From Spirochaetia bacterium (GTDB lineage Bacteria > Spirochaetota > Spirochaetia > CAKZLE01): a stretch of 64,000 bases of DNA. A model generated the notes under the pieces. It did not search any database. It worked only from the letters and a program-made list of their open reading frames with translations, and was not told where the DNA came from. The stretch's first letter is position 1. The number at the start of each line of letters is the position of its first letter. Both the position numbers and the translations under genes were made by a program. This document shows positions 10,089-19,221 of this stretch, one piece after another. The stretch covers positions 1,952,001 through 2,016,000 of the forward strand of contig OY782041.1 of NCBI GenBank assembly GCA_963677595.1, given 5' to 3'.

Positions 10089-11228
10089 ATGACGACTGAG
10101 AAGAGAGCAGGGAAAGAGTGTTTTATCCTGAAGAACGGGAATACCGAGGCTGCACTGACGAGACTCGGCGGCCATATGGCGCCGGTGCGGTTCTACACCG
10201 ATACCGAGACACCGGTCGAGCCCTATTACGTAAGCCCCTGGCAGGAGGAGGATATCGCGATCGATGTCCCGATCCTCGAGCCGCTGCGCGGGGACTTCTT
10301 CTGCATGCCCTTCGGCGCGAACGAGGAGGATACCAACCCCTTCGTCGGACACGGGGATCCCTCCACGCGGGACTGGGAGTACGTATCGGAGAAGCACAGT
10401 GATCCCGTCACTACCCTGACACTTGGTATGGAGTTGAAGCAGTCAGCCGGGTCGGTCACGAAGGAGGTCTCGATCATCGAGGGAGAGCAGGTCATCTACA
10501 CCCGTGACACGATCAGCGGGGTGTCAGGGCCCATGCCCCTCGGTCACCATGCCACCCTCGGGACCCATAACGGGGAGCTGACGATCAGGACCTCCCCGAT
10601 ATCGTTCGGCCGCTGCAACCCCTATGACGTCCTCCATACCCAGGGACGGGAGTACTACTCCTGCGCCTCCTTGGGCCGGTTCACCGAGCTCGAGGATGTC
10701 CCCACCATCTGGAAGGTGCCGGAGAGCACGGACTGCACCGTCTTCCCCGCCAGGGAGGGCTATGTCGACATCATCCAGTCATTCCAGCAGGACCAGGGGA
10801 AACCTGCCTGGACTACCGCCGTCTGCAGGGAGGCCGGCTACCTCTGGTTCTCCCTGAAGGATGTGTCGGTGCTCCCCTCTGTGCTCTTCTGGATGGAGAA
10901 CCATGGCCGTCATGGTTCCCCGTGGAACGGGAGGAACTGCTGCATCGGGCTTGAGGATGTCTGCTCATACTTCGCCAACGGCTATGAGGACTCCATCGGG
11001 GAGAACCCCCTCGTCACCGAGGAGGGCGCGAAGACTGCCGTGCAGCTCGATGGCTCACCCTTTACCGTCAGCTATATCCAGGGGGTCGTCAGGATACCGG
11101 AGGGGTTCAACGCCGTCTCCGATATCGACTTCTCGGAAGATTGGATCACCTTCATCGAGGAGTCGGGCAGCTCCGTGGTCACCGTCCCCTGCCGCTGGGA
11201 TTTCGTCTTCGGGAAGAGTCTGGACTGA
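10089..11228 (+). CDS. Conserved hypothetical protein, probable galactose-mutarotase-like beta-sandwich fold
   Basis: Long ORF with host-like codon usage; LRGDFFCMPFG, GHG and PLGHHATL motifs recall aldose-epimerase-like proteins. Confidence 0.55.
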   Translation: MTTEKRAGKECFILKNGNTEAALTRLGGHMAPVRFYTDTETPVEPYYVSPWQEEDIAIDVPILEPLRGDFFCMPFGANEEDTNPFVGHGDPSTRDWEYVSEKHSDPVTTLTLGMELKQSAGSVTKEVSIIEGEQVIYTRDTISGVSGPMPLGHHATLGTHNGELTIRTSPISFGRCNPYDVLHTQGREYYSCASLGRFTELEDVPTIWKVPESTDCTVFPAREGYVDIIQSFQQDQGKPAWTTAVCREAGYLWFSLKDVSVLPSVLFWMENHGRHGSPWNGRNCCIGLEDVCSYFANGYEDSIGENPLVTEEGAKTAVQLDGSPFTVSYIQGVVRIPEGFNAVSDIDFSEDWITFIEESGSSVVTVPCRWDFVFGKSLD

Positions 11229-11275
11229 CAGGACAGCCGCCAGGAAAGAATAAATAAAAATCGATAAAAAAATAT

Positions 11276-11321
11276 TTGACAACTCTTCGTTTAACACTTT
11301 ATAATCTATTGAAGTGTTGAA
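11276..11321 (+). promoter_or_regulatory. Consensus sigma70 promoter of the mbx-like operon with an inverted repeat straddling the -10
   Basis: TTGACA 11276-11281, N18, TATAAT 11300-11305; TTTAACACTTT (11290-11300) / GAAGTGTTGAA (11311-11321). Confidence 0.7.
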
Positions 11322-11372
11322 CTGTATTATACATGAGAAATCTGTATGCAGATACATACGAAGGGGAAATGG

Positions 11373-11870
11373 ATGAAATCAATACTGTACCGCCTGAGCA
11401 TCTGGATACTCCTGATGGTGATCTGGCTTCTGCTGGTCTCACCGCTGAATACCCAGGAGATCATCTCAGGAGCAATGATCGCCCTCCTGGCAGCCCTGAT
11501 ACCGCTGCCGGACAGGGACGTGTTCAGGGAACTGCTGCTGACACCGAAGAAGGCTGTCTACGCCCTCCTGTTCACCCTGGTGTTCCTCTGGGAGGTCGTG
11601 AAGTCGAACCTTGACGTCGCCCTCAGGGTCATCAAGCCGGTGATCCCGATCAATCCCGGGATCGTGAAGGTGAGGACCTCGCTCTCATCGAGGATGGGAC
11701 GTCTTGCCCTGGCGAACGCCATCACCTTGACACCCGGTACGATCACCGTCGATATCGAGGGTGAGTACCTCTATATCCACTGGATCTCCGTGGAGGCTGG
11801 GGATATAGACGAGGCGACGAAGAAGATCGTCTCTACATTCGAGAGATATCTGGAGGTGATCTTTGGCTGA
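11373..11870 (+). CDS. MrpE/MnhE-like subunit (MbxA/MbsA)
   Basis: SNLDVA..INPGIVKV..LANAITLTPGTITV..LYIHWI. Confidence 0.92.
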   Translation: MKSILYRLSIWILLMVIWLLLVSPLNTQEIISGAMIALLAALIPLPDRDVFRELLLTPKKAVYALLFTLVFLWEVVKSNLDVALRVIKPVIPINPGIVKVRTSLSSRMGRLALANAITLTPGTITVDIEGEYLYIHWISVEAGDIDEATKKIVSTFERYLEVIFG

Positions 11871-12123
11871 TACTATCTATATGGCAGCAGGGGCGATCGC
11901 CCTGCTTGCGTTCTGCATATCGTTCTTCCGGATCATTGTCGGACCCGACCTGGCAGACCGAGTGGTCGCGCTCGACGCGATGACCATCCTGTCGCTCTCG
12001 GGGATCGTCTTCCTCACCCACCTGCTCGGGCGCATGATCTATATCGACATAGCCCTGGTGTACGGCCTCATGAGTTTCCTCGGGGTCATCGCGGTGGCAC
12101 GCTACATGGAAAGGGGGCTGTAA
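11863..12123 (+). CDS. MrpF/MnhF-like subunit (MbxB/MbsB)
   Basis: GPDLADRVVALD; three hydrophobic helices; TTG start. Confidence 0.9.
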   Translation: MADTIYMAAGAIALLAFCISFFRIIVGPDLADRVVALDAMTILSLSGIVFLTHLLGRMIYIDIALVYGLMSFLGVIAVARYMERGL

Positions 12124-12124
12124 G

Positions 12125-12466
12125 ATGGTACTTGAGATCATTGGGGCGATCGTCGCCCTCTTCGGGTCCCTCTTCCTGCTGCTGGCAGCAGTCGGTATCG
12201 TCAGGATGCCCGATACCTATAACAGGATGCAGGCCGGGACCAAGGCTTCCACCCTTGGGAGCCTGCTCTTCTTCATCGGGATCGGCCTCGGCCATCCCGG
12301 TCTCTGGGGCAAGCTCATCGTACTGAGCGCGTTCGTCCTCCTGACGAACCCGCTCTCCTCGCACGTCCTCGCACGGGCCCTGCACTATGTCGGGAAGTCC
12401 CCGATCCTGCCCGGCCATCCCAACCGTGACGACCTCGCAGAGGATCGCCTGAAGGAGGGAGTATGA
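12125..12466 (+). CDS. MrpG/MnhG-like subunit (MbxC/MbsC)
   Basis: GIVRMPDTYNRMQAGTKASTLG, TNPLSSHVLARA. Confidence 0.92.
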   Translation: MVLEIIGAIVALFGSLFLLLAAVGIVRMPDTYNRMQAGTKASTLGSLLFFIGIGLGHPGLWGKLIVLSAFVLLTNPLSSHVLARALHYVGKSPILPGHPNRDDLAEDRLKEGV

Positions 12467-12729
12467 TCGTTCTCTATATCATATTGGGGGTGCTGATGCT
12501 CATCGCCGCAGCTGCCGCCATCCAGATGAAACATATGACCTCAGCGATCATCGCTGCCGGGGTCGTCTCCCTGGTGGGAAGCCTGCTCTTCCTGCTCGCG
12601 GGTGCACCTGATGTCGCCATGACAGAGGCCGCAATCGGTTCCGCACTGACGACAGTCATCTTCCTCTTCGCCTGGTCACGTATTTCCGACCATGCCAAGG
12701 GTGATGACGATGAGGAGGGTAGGTCATGA
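12463..12729 (+). CDS. DUF4040 / MbhD-like subunit (MbxD/MbsD)
   Basis: APDVAMTEAAIG motif. Confidence 0.88.
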   Translation: MIVLYIILGVLMLIAAAAAIQMKHMTSAIIAAGVVSLVGSLLFLLAGAPDVAMTEAAIGSALTTVIFLFAWSRISDHAKGDDDEEGRS

Positions 12730-13424
12730 TCAAACGACTGCTTATCATCGCCGTGCTCATCGTATTGGGGATCGTGCTCTCCCCGATGCTCTGGAATATA
12801 ACGGATGCGACTGAACTCGGTTCGGTATCGCAGAAGTATGTAACTGATGGGGTGGAAGACCTCGGGGCTGCGAACCTCGTCACCTCCGTCGTGGTCAGCT
12901 ACCGTGGTCTCGATACGCTCGGCGAGGTCGCCGTGCTCTTCGTCGCGACTGCCGGGGTTGCCATGCTGCTTGGTGCAGGGAAGAAGGAGGAGTCTATCGT
13001 CCTCCCCAATGAGCGGCGCAGCGGATCGGAGCTCCTGGGCACCGGTTCAGCGCTGCTCTTCCCGATCCTCCTGCTCTTCGGGGTCTATATCTTCCTCCAT
13101 GGTCACCTGACCCCTGGCGGAGGATTCCAGGGAGGCGTCGTCATCGCCTCCTCCATCGTGCTGCTGCTCTTCGAGAAGAGCGACAGGAAACTGAACCATG
13201 CCCTCCTGCAGTGGATCGAGGCCCTCTCCGGGGCTGCCTATGCAGCGGTCGGCCTGCTCGGGCTCTGGCTCGCGGCAGGGTTCCTGGATCCCAGGTTCCT
13301 CCCTACAGGGGAGTTCGGCATGGTGCTGAGCGCCGGGGCGATCCCCGTGATCTACTGCCTGATCGGGATCAAGGTCGGCTCGGAGCTGACCGGGGTCGTC
13401 GATTCCCTGAGGAGGAACGCATGA
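12726..13424 (+). CDS. MrpB/MnhB-like subunit (MbsE/MbxF)
   Basis: NLVTSVVVSYRGLDTLGE and HGHLTPGGGFQGG. Confidence 0.92.
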   Translation: MIKRLLIIAVLIVLGIVLSPMLWNITDATELGSVSQKYVTDGVEDLGAANLVTSVVVSYRGLDTLGEVAVLFVATAGVAMLLGAGKKEESIVLPNERRSGSELLGTGSALLFPILLLFGVYIFLHGHLTPGGGFQGGVVIASSIVLLLFEKSDRKLNHALLQWIEALSGAAYAAVGLLGLWLAAGFLDPRFLPTGEFGMVLSAGAIPVIYCLIGIKVGSELTGVVDSLRRNA

Positions 13425-13780
13425 TTACACAGATCCTCGTGATCCTCGGAGGCCTACTGATCTTAGTCGGGCTCTGGGGCATCCTAACTAGAAAACACCT
13501 GGTGAAGATGATCATCGGGTTCTCCGTCCTCGATACCGGTGTCCACCTGATCATGGTAGGACTCGGGTACATCAAGGGTGGGACCGCACCGATCATTGAC
13601 AGCGAGCTCCCGGCGGGAACGCTCGCCGGGAAGGTCGTGGACCCGGTCCCCTCAGCCCTGGTCCTGACAGCGATCGTCATCGGCGTGGCTGTCACCGCCC
13701 TGATGCTCAGCTATGCTGTCCGGTTATACAAGACCTATAAGACTACGTCGATCGATGAGATAAAGGAGTTGAAATGGTAA
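13421..13780 (+). CDS. MrpC/MnhC (NuoK-like) subunit (MbxG/MbsG)
   Basis: DPVPSALVLTAIVIG; true start MITQIL at 13421 (ATGA overlap). Confidence 0.92.
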   Translation: MITQILVILGGLLILVGLWGILTRKHLVKMIIGFSVLDTGVHLIMVGLGYIKGGTAPIIDSELPAGTLAGKVVDPVPSALVLTAIVIGVAVTALMLSYAVRLYKTYKTTSIDEIKELKW

Positions 13781-16700
13781 GCCCACTCTATATATTCGGT
13801 CTGGGACTGGGGATCGCCTTCCTGCTCCCGCTGTTCGAGAAGCTCTCGAAAGAGGCCCCGAAGTACATCACCCTGCTGCTTCTTGCCCTGTTCACGATCA
13901 TCCCGGTCTCATGGATCGCCCAGATCCTTCCCTCCGGGATCATGAGCTCCCCGGTATCGGTCGGGACGATCGGCTTCGCGCCCCCGTTTGCCATAAGTCT
14001 GCAGATAGGCTTTGCAGAAGCCGTCACCCTGGCGGCAGTCAATGCCGCGGCGCTGCTGAGCGGCCTCTACCATACGGTCAGGAATGACGAGAACTGGAAG
14101 GGGAAGCACATCGTGCTCTTCCTCACCCTCATCGTCGGCGTGAACGGGCTCATCCTCACCAGGGACCTCTTCAACCTCTTCGTCTTCCTCGAGATCACCT
14201 CGATCTCGATGTATGCACTCATCGCGACGAATGCCCAGAAGCATGCCTATGAGGCAGGGTTCAAGTACCTGATCGCAGGTTCACTCGCCTCCGCGAGCTA
14301 CCTCATCGGGGTGATCTTCCTCTACCGGTATACCGGCACCCTCTATATCGATGAGATCGCGGCCATGGATATCGCTTCCATGGCGGCAGGGAACCCGGGT
14401 CTCGTCATCGCCCTCTCGTTGCTGATGCTCGCGATGCTCGTGGAGCTCAAACCGTTCCCCGCGAACGGCTGGGCGATTGATGCCTATGAGGCTTCCGACC
14501 CTGCCGTATCGGCCATGATCAGTGCCGTCGGTGCCACCGGCGTGCTCTTCTCCTTCCATAAGCTCCTTGAACTGTTCACCCCACAGATGGCCGGCGTCGC
14601 TGCCGCCTGCGGGATGCTCACCTTCATCTTCTCTCAGCTCATCGGCTTGAGGCAGGAACGGGTCAGGAGGATGCTCGGCTATTCATCAGTCGGGCAGATC
14701 GCCCTGGCAGTGACCGTCCTCTCGATCGGCAGGGTCCATCCGGATCTTGCTGTCCAGATGCAGCTTGCGGCTGCACTCCTGATCGGGACCCATATATTCA
14801 GCAAGGCCGGGCTCTTCTGGCTTGCCGATATCCAGGACCGGGACGGGTTCACCTCCTTCAGGAAGAGCCCGCTCTTCATCGCTGTCATCGGTATCCTGGT
14901 TTCAGCGTTGGCAGGACTGCCTCCCTTCCCCTCTTTCTGGGCGAAGTGGAGCCTCCTCTCGGCACTTACCGGTAAGGGATACCTCTTCTATATGACACTC
15001 ATCCTCCTAGGGTCTGTCTGTGAGGCAGGCTACCTCTTCAGGTGGTTCACCCGCGGCCTGAAGGCTGCTGCCGACCCAGGCGATATCCACGCAGAACAGG
15101 TCCCGGAGGATGTCCCTGTCGCAGGACCCCAGACCGGGGTGATCAGCTCGACGAGGGCCAGGGCCGCAGTCGGGGAGACTGCAGCCAGGAACGTGAAGAC
15201 TGCAGTCCAGGAAGCAGAGGATGAGAAGAAAACACTTCACCCCTCTGTGCTCATGCCGCTGGTCTCCGCGCTGGTCGTCACTGCCGGCGGGCTGCTCTTC
15301 GGCTATAGGGCCCTTGAAGGTTCGGCCGAGGTCCTCCTGCTGCTGCCGGCAGCCGTGCTGCTGGTCGGCCTGCTGCTTGACCTGGTACGTATCCCGCTCA
15401 AGCTCCACCTCCTCGCTGTCCTGGCAGGGATCGCATACTATGCATACCAGGTCCTGCCGCAGCTGCAGGGGCTCAGGATGGTCTTCGGGGTCATCTTCCT
15501 CATCGGTTCTGCCGTACAGATGATCATCCTCTTCAACCGGAAAGGCGTCCAGTTTGGTCTGGTACCACTCATGACCGCCATGGTCTTCTCCCTCGGGAAC
15601 CTCCTGCTCGCCTCGACGAGGTTGGGATTCTTCCTCTCCTGGGAACTCATGACTGTGACCTCCTTCCTGCTGATCCTCCGTGGGAAATTATCATCAGGGG
15701 CCGGTTTCCGGTACCTGCTCTTCTCACTCGGGGGTGCCTACAGCATCCTGGCAGGGCTCATGCTCTTCCCGGGATTCGACTCGCTCCTGGGCGGGGGCGG
15801 CGTAAGCGGTGCAGTACCGCTGGCCGCAGTCATCCTGCTGGCCGTCGGGTTCCTCGTGAAGATGGGGGCTGCCGGGTTCCATATTTGGCTGCCTTCAGCC
15901 TATGCAGAGGCTGAGGATGAGACCTCGGCACTGCTCTCCTCGGTATTGAGCAAGGCATCGTTGTTCATGCTCTTCCTGACTGCCGCACTCTACCTGCAGC
16001 CGGTCTCACCGGTATCGTCAGTGCCGGTATCGACCCTGCTCGGCTGGGTCGGGACCATCACCCTGATCGCAGGTTCGTTCTTCGCCCTCTTCCAGGAGGA
16101 TATAAAGTACACGCTTGCCTACTCCTCCATGGGACAGGTCGGCTACATGCTCCTAGGCTTCTCCCTCATGACTCACCTGGGCTGGACGGCGAGCCTCTAC
16201 CTGGCAGTGACTCACCTCCTCTTCAAGGGGATGCTCTTCATCGCGGTCGCCGGGGTCATCCACCGGACACGTACCCGGATGATGTACCAGATGGGAGGGC
16301 TGATCAAGCGGATGCCGGTCAGCTTCCTCACCGTACTCATCGGGATCATCGCCCTCTCGGGCGTTCCCCCGCTTACCGGGTTCGGCGGAAAATGGCTGAT
16401 CTATACGGCCCTGATCGAGAAGGGCTGGTACCTGCAGGCGGCGGTCGCGATGTTCGCCTCCGGGATCGCCTTCCTCTACCTCTTCAGGCTCATACATGTC
16501 ATCTTCCTCGGGCAGCTCAAGGACGAGCACCGGGAGGTGAAAGAGGCGCCGATCTGGTACCTCATACCGCAGGTCATCGGCATGGTCGCCATCATGGCGT
16601 TCTCCATGTTCCCGAACCTGCTGCTGCAGCCGCTGCAGGCTGCCGTGGCCCCGTTCTTCCCGGCATCGATCAGCTGGGACGGCTACACGGTCATTTCGAC

Positions 16701-17076
16701 GCTGGGCTACTGGAACGGGAATGCCGTCATGTACGTGACCTTCGGGGTGTTCCTCATCCCGCTCGCATGGCTGCTGCTGGTACGCAGGAAGCATACCCGG
16801 CTGGTGAGCCAATTCAATATCGTGTATGCGGCAGAGCGGCCTGACAAGCCGGAGACGACCCATTTCGGGTACAACTTCTTCGCCCATTACCATGAGGCGC
16901 TCGGAAGCTTCCTCACCCCCTGGGCCACACGGTTCTGGGGCGGGGTGGAATCGATCGTCCATGTCGCCGGTTCGGCCGTGCGGAGGATCTACTCCGGCAA
17001 CGGGCAGACCTATGCCTTCTATATCCTGGCCTACTGTACAGTAGTCCTGATCATCATTCGAGGAGGGGTACTGTAG
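13774..17076 (+). CDS. Fused double antiporter-like proton-pumping subunit (MbxH + MbxH', MrpD/NuoN-like x2)
   Basis: Two proton-translocating modules: DLFNLFVFLE..AGFKY..RMLGYSSVGQ and FFLSWE..KMGAAGFHIWLPSAY..LAYSSMGQVGY, joined by a hydrophilic linker; 1100 aa. Confidence 0.88.
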   Translation: MVSPLYIFGLGLGIAFLLPLFEKLSKEAPKYITLLLLALFTIIPVSWIAQILPSGIMSSPVSVGTIGFAPPFAISLQIGFAEAVTLAAVNAAALLSGLYHTVRNDENWKGKHIVLFLTLIVGVNGLILTRDLFNLFVFLEITSISMYALIATNAQKHAYEAGFKYLIAGSLASASYLIGVIFLYRYTGTLYIDEIAAMDIASMAAGNPGLVIALSLLMLAMLVELKPFPANGWAIDAYEASDPAVSAMISAVGATGVLFSFHKLLELFTPQMAGVAAACGMLTFIFSQLIGLRQERVRRMLGYSSVGQIALAVTVLSIGRVHPDLAVQMQLAAALLIGTHIFSKAGLFWLADIQDRDGFTSFRKSPLFIAVIGILVSALAGLPPFPSFWAKWSLLSALTGKGYLFYMTLILLGSVCEAGYLFRWFTRGLKAAADPGDIHAEQVPEDVPVAGPQTGVISSTRARAAVGETAARNVKTAVQEAEDEKKTLHPSVLMPLVSALVVTAGGLLFGYRALEGSAEVLLLLPAAVLLVGLLLDLVRIPLKLHLLAVLAGIAYYAYQVLPQLQGLRMVFGVIFLIGSAVQMIILFNRKGVQFGLVPLMTAMVFSLGNLLLASTRLGFFLSWELMTVTSFLLILRGKLSSGAGFRYLLFSLGGAYSILAGLMLFPGFDSLLGGGGVSGAVPLAAVILLAVGFLVKMGAAGFHIWLPSAYAEAEDETSALLSSVLSKASLFMLFLTAALYLQPVSPVSSVPVSTLLGWVGTITLIAGSFFALFQEDIKYTLAYSSMGQVGYMLLGFSLMTHLGWTASLYLAVTHLLFKGMLFIAVAGVIHRTRTRMMYQMGGLIKRMPVSFLTVLIGIIALSGVPPLTGFGGKWLIYTALIEKGWYLQAAVAMFASGIAFLYLFRLIHVIFLGQLKDEHREVKEAPIWYLIPQVIGMVAIMAFSMFPNLLLQPLQAAVAPFFPASISWDGYTVISTLGYWNGNAVMYVTFGVFLIPLAWLLLVRRKHTRLVSQFNIVYAAERPDKPETTHFGYNFFAHYHEALGSFLTPWATRFWGGVESIVHVAGSAVRRIYSGNGQTYAFYILAYCTVVLIIIRGGVL

Positions 17077-17988
17077 ATGAGAGAGATAGCGATCAAGGCA
17101 GGGTATACCCTGATCTCCCTGTTCGTCATCACCAATTACGGCCTGCTCCTCATGGGGACGATGGCCAGGGTGCGCGCGAAGGTACAGGGTCGTATAGGAC
17201 AGCCGGTGTGGCAGCCCTATATCGACATCATCAAGAACAATACGCGGAGGACTGCGGTCTTCCACGGGGTCATGTTCTACCTCGGGCCGGTCTTCAGGCT
17301 GGCAGGGGGACTCGGGACCTACCTGTTCATCCCGGCAGTCTACGGCTCGCTGGTCTTCGCGAACTTCTCGTTCTCCGGGGACCTCCTGCTCGTCATGTAC
17401 TTCATCTTCTTCGGGCAGCTGGGAATGGCCTTGGGTGCCGGGCAGAGCGGGCACCCCTACAGCCCGATCGGGGTAGCGAGAGGCCTGGCCCAGATGACAG
17501 CCTTCGAGGTACCGTTCGCGCTGGCGGTCATATCGATCGCGGCACAGTACCAGACGCTCTCCATCACCGAGATCGTCGCCGTACAGCAGGGAGGCATCCT
17601 CAACTGGATAGCCTTCACCAACCCGCTGGCAATGGTGGCAGGGATGATCTCCTTCCTCGGGATGACGATGGGGAATCCGTTCAGTGTCGTCATCGCACCA
17701 CAGGAGATACCGATCGGGCCGCCTACCGAGATGAACGCCGGCTTCCTCGGGATGCTTCAGACGAACCGTGCGATCTTCCAGGGCGCCAAGCTGGTGCTCT
17801 TCATGAACCTCTTCTTCGGAGGGGCGACGAACATACCGGTGATGGTCGTGAAGACCTTCCTGATCTACTTCTATACCGTGTTCGTCGGGGCTTCCTTCCC
17901 GAGGTTCAGGGTCGACCAGTCGATCAAGTTCTTCTTAGGGATACCGACACTGATCGGTATCGCGGCAGTCGTGCTGCAGATGATCTAG
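17077..17988 (+). CDS. NuoH-like membrane subunit (MbxM/MbsM)
   Basis: AKVQGRIGQPVWQPYIDIIK, PYSPIGVARG, FE, PRFRVDQ. Confidence 0.9.
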   Translation: MREIAIKAGYTLISLFVITNYGLLLMGTMARVRAKVQGRIGQPVWQPYIDIIKNNTRRTAVFHGVMFYLGPVFRLAGGLGTYLFIPAVYGSLVFANFSFSGDLLLVMYFIFFGQLGMALGAGQSGHPYSPIGVARGLAQMTAFEVPFALAVISIAAQYQTLSITEIVAVQQGGILNWIAFTNPLAMVAGMISFLGMTMGNPFSVVIAPQEIPIGPPTEMNAGFLGMLQTNRAIFQGAKLVLFMNLFFGGATNIPVMVVKTFLIYFYTVFVGASFPRFRVDQSIKFFLGIPTLIGIAAVVLQMI

Positions 17989-18002
17989 TCAGAGGGGTTA
18001 AG

Positions 18003-18659
18003 ATGAAAGATACAGATGATAAACAGGACCAGCTCGAGGAGATTGCCAAGGAGCTGAGACTGGCAAACAGCGGGCTCCCGGAGGATGAGAGAGCGTACTT
18101 CTGCGATGCGAGGCCCGAGAAGATCGATCCCTACCGGGGGATCCTCGAGAAGTTCGCCAACTGGGCGAGATCGGAATCATTGTGGATCCTCGGGTTCGGC
18201 ACCGGTTGCGGGGCCATCGAGCTCAGGCCGCTGATGACCGCCCGCTATGACATGTACCGATACGGGATCCAGCCGAGGCCGACACCGCGCCAGGCCGGGG
18301 TCTTCGTGATCGGCGGCTATGCCTCGGTGAAGACGATGAAGCGGATCGTGCGCAGCTATGAGCAGATGCAGGGACCGAAGTTCGTCCTTGGGCTCGGCAG
18401 CTGCACGATCAACGGCGGTATGTACTGGGACAGTTACAACACCGTCAACCGGCTCGACCACTATATCCCGGTGGATGTCTATATCGCCGGATGCATGCCG
18501 AGGCCTGAGGCCCTGCTCGCAGGTTTCCTCAAGCTCAAGAAGATGATCAAGTCCGGGCAGTGCGACGGCATGAACACGTATGCCGAGAATTTCGACTGGT
18601 ACAAGCAGAACCAGAAACAGATCATCAAGCATTGGGAAATGCCTGATTACAACTGGTAG
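18003..18659 (+). CDS. NuoB-like Fe-S subunit (MbxJ/MbsJ)
   Basis: GTGCGAIE, RYDMYRYG, TPRQA, GSCTINGG, PVDVYIAGCMPRPE; start MKDTDD at 18003. Confidence 0.92.
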   Translation: MKDTDDKQDQLEEIAKELRLANSGLPEDERAYFCDARPEKIDPYRGILEKFANWARSESLWILGFGTGCGAIELRPLMTARYDMYRYGIQPRPTPRQAGVFVIGGYASVKTMKRIVRSYEQMQGPKFVLGLGSCTINGGMYWDSYNTVNRLDHYIPVDVYIAGCMPRPEALLAGFLKLKKMIKSGQCDGMNTYAENFDWYKQNQKQIIKHWEMPDYNW

Positions 18660-18672
18660 GAGGAGTGTGAGT

Positions 18673-19221
18673 ATGAGAGAACGATTGAGGGAAGTCTCAG
18701 GAAGATTTCCCGTGACCATACGCGAAGAACTCGCTCCTGACCGGGATGACCTGCTCTTCGTCGAGACCGGGACCGAATATGCGGTCTCCTTCATCACCTG
18801 GCTGCAGGAACTCGAGGGGTATACCCACCTCGTCTTCTTCACGGCAGTCGATTACATCGAGGAGGGGTACTTCCAGCTGACCTACATGCTGCAGAACTAC
18901 GGGAAGAAGCATGACCTCTGCGTCCTCGTCCGCCTCGAGCGGGAGAAACCCGTCATGGAGTCGATCCACCACCTCTGGCCCCATGCTGCGACTTACCAGC
19001 AGGAGCTCTATGAGATGTACGGGATCGAGTTCCCCGGTTCACCGAGGATGTATGAGGACTTCGTCCTCGAGGGCTGGGACGACCTTCCCCCGATGCGACG
19101 GGATTTCGACACGAAAGCCTATTCAGAGGAGACCTATTTCCCGAGACCGGGAAGGAAGACACACGATACTGCTGCCTACATGAAGGAGCAGCTCTATCCC
19201 GGGGAGGCCGAGACATGGTAG
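18673..19221 (+). CDS. NuoC-like subunit (MbxK/MbsK)
   Basis: TAVDY, SIHHLWP..YQQELYEMYGIEFPG, PPMRRDF; SD AGGAG upstream. Confidence 0.9.
   Translation: MRERLREVSGRFPVTIREELAPDRDDLLFVETGTEYAVSFITWLQELEGYTHLVFFTAVDYIEEGYFQLTYMLQNYGKKHDLCVLVRLEREKPVMESIHHLWPHAATYQQELYEMYGIEFPGSPRMYEDFVLEGWDDLPPMRRDFDTKAYSEETYFPRPGRKTHDTAAYMKEQLYPGEAETW

Noticed and set aside
11373-17076. Stand-alone Mrp Na+/H+ antiporter operon
   Set aside because: The genes run directly into nuoH/B/C/D/I-like genes in mbx order
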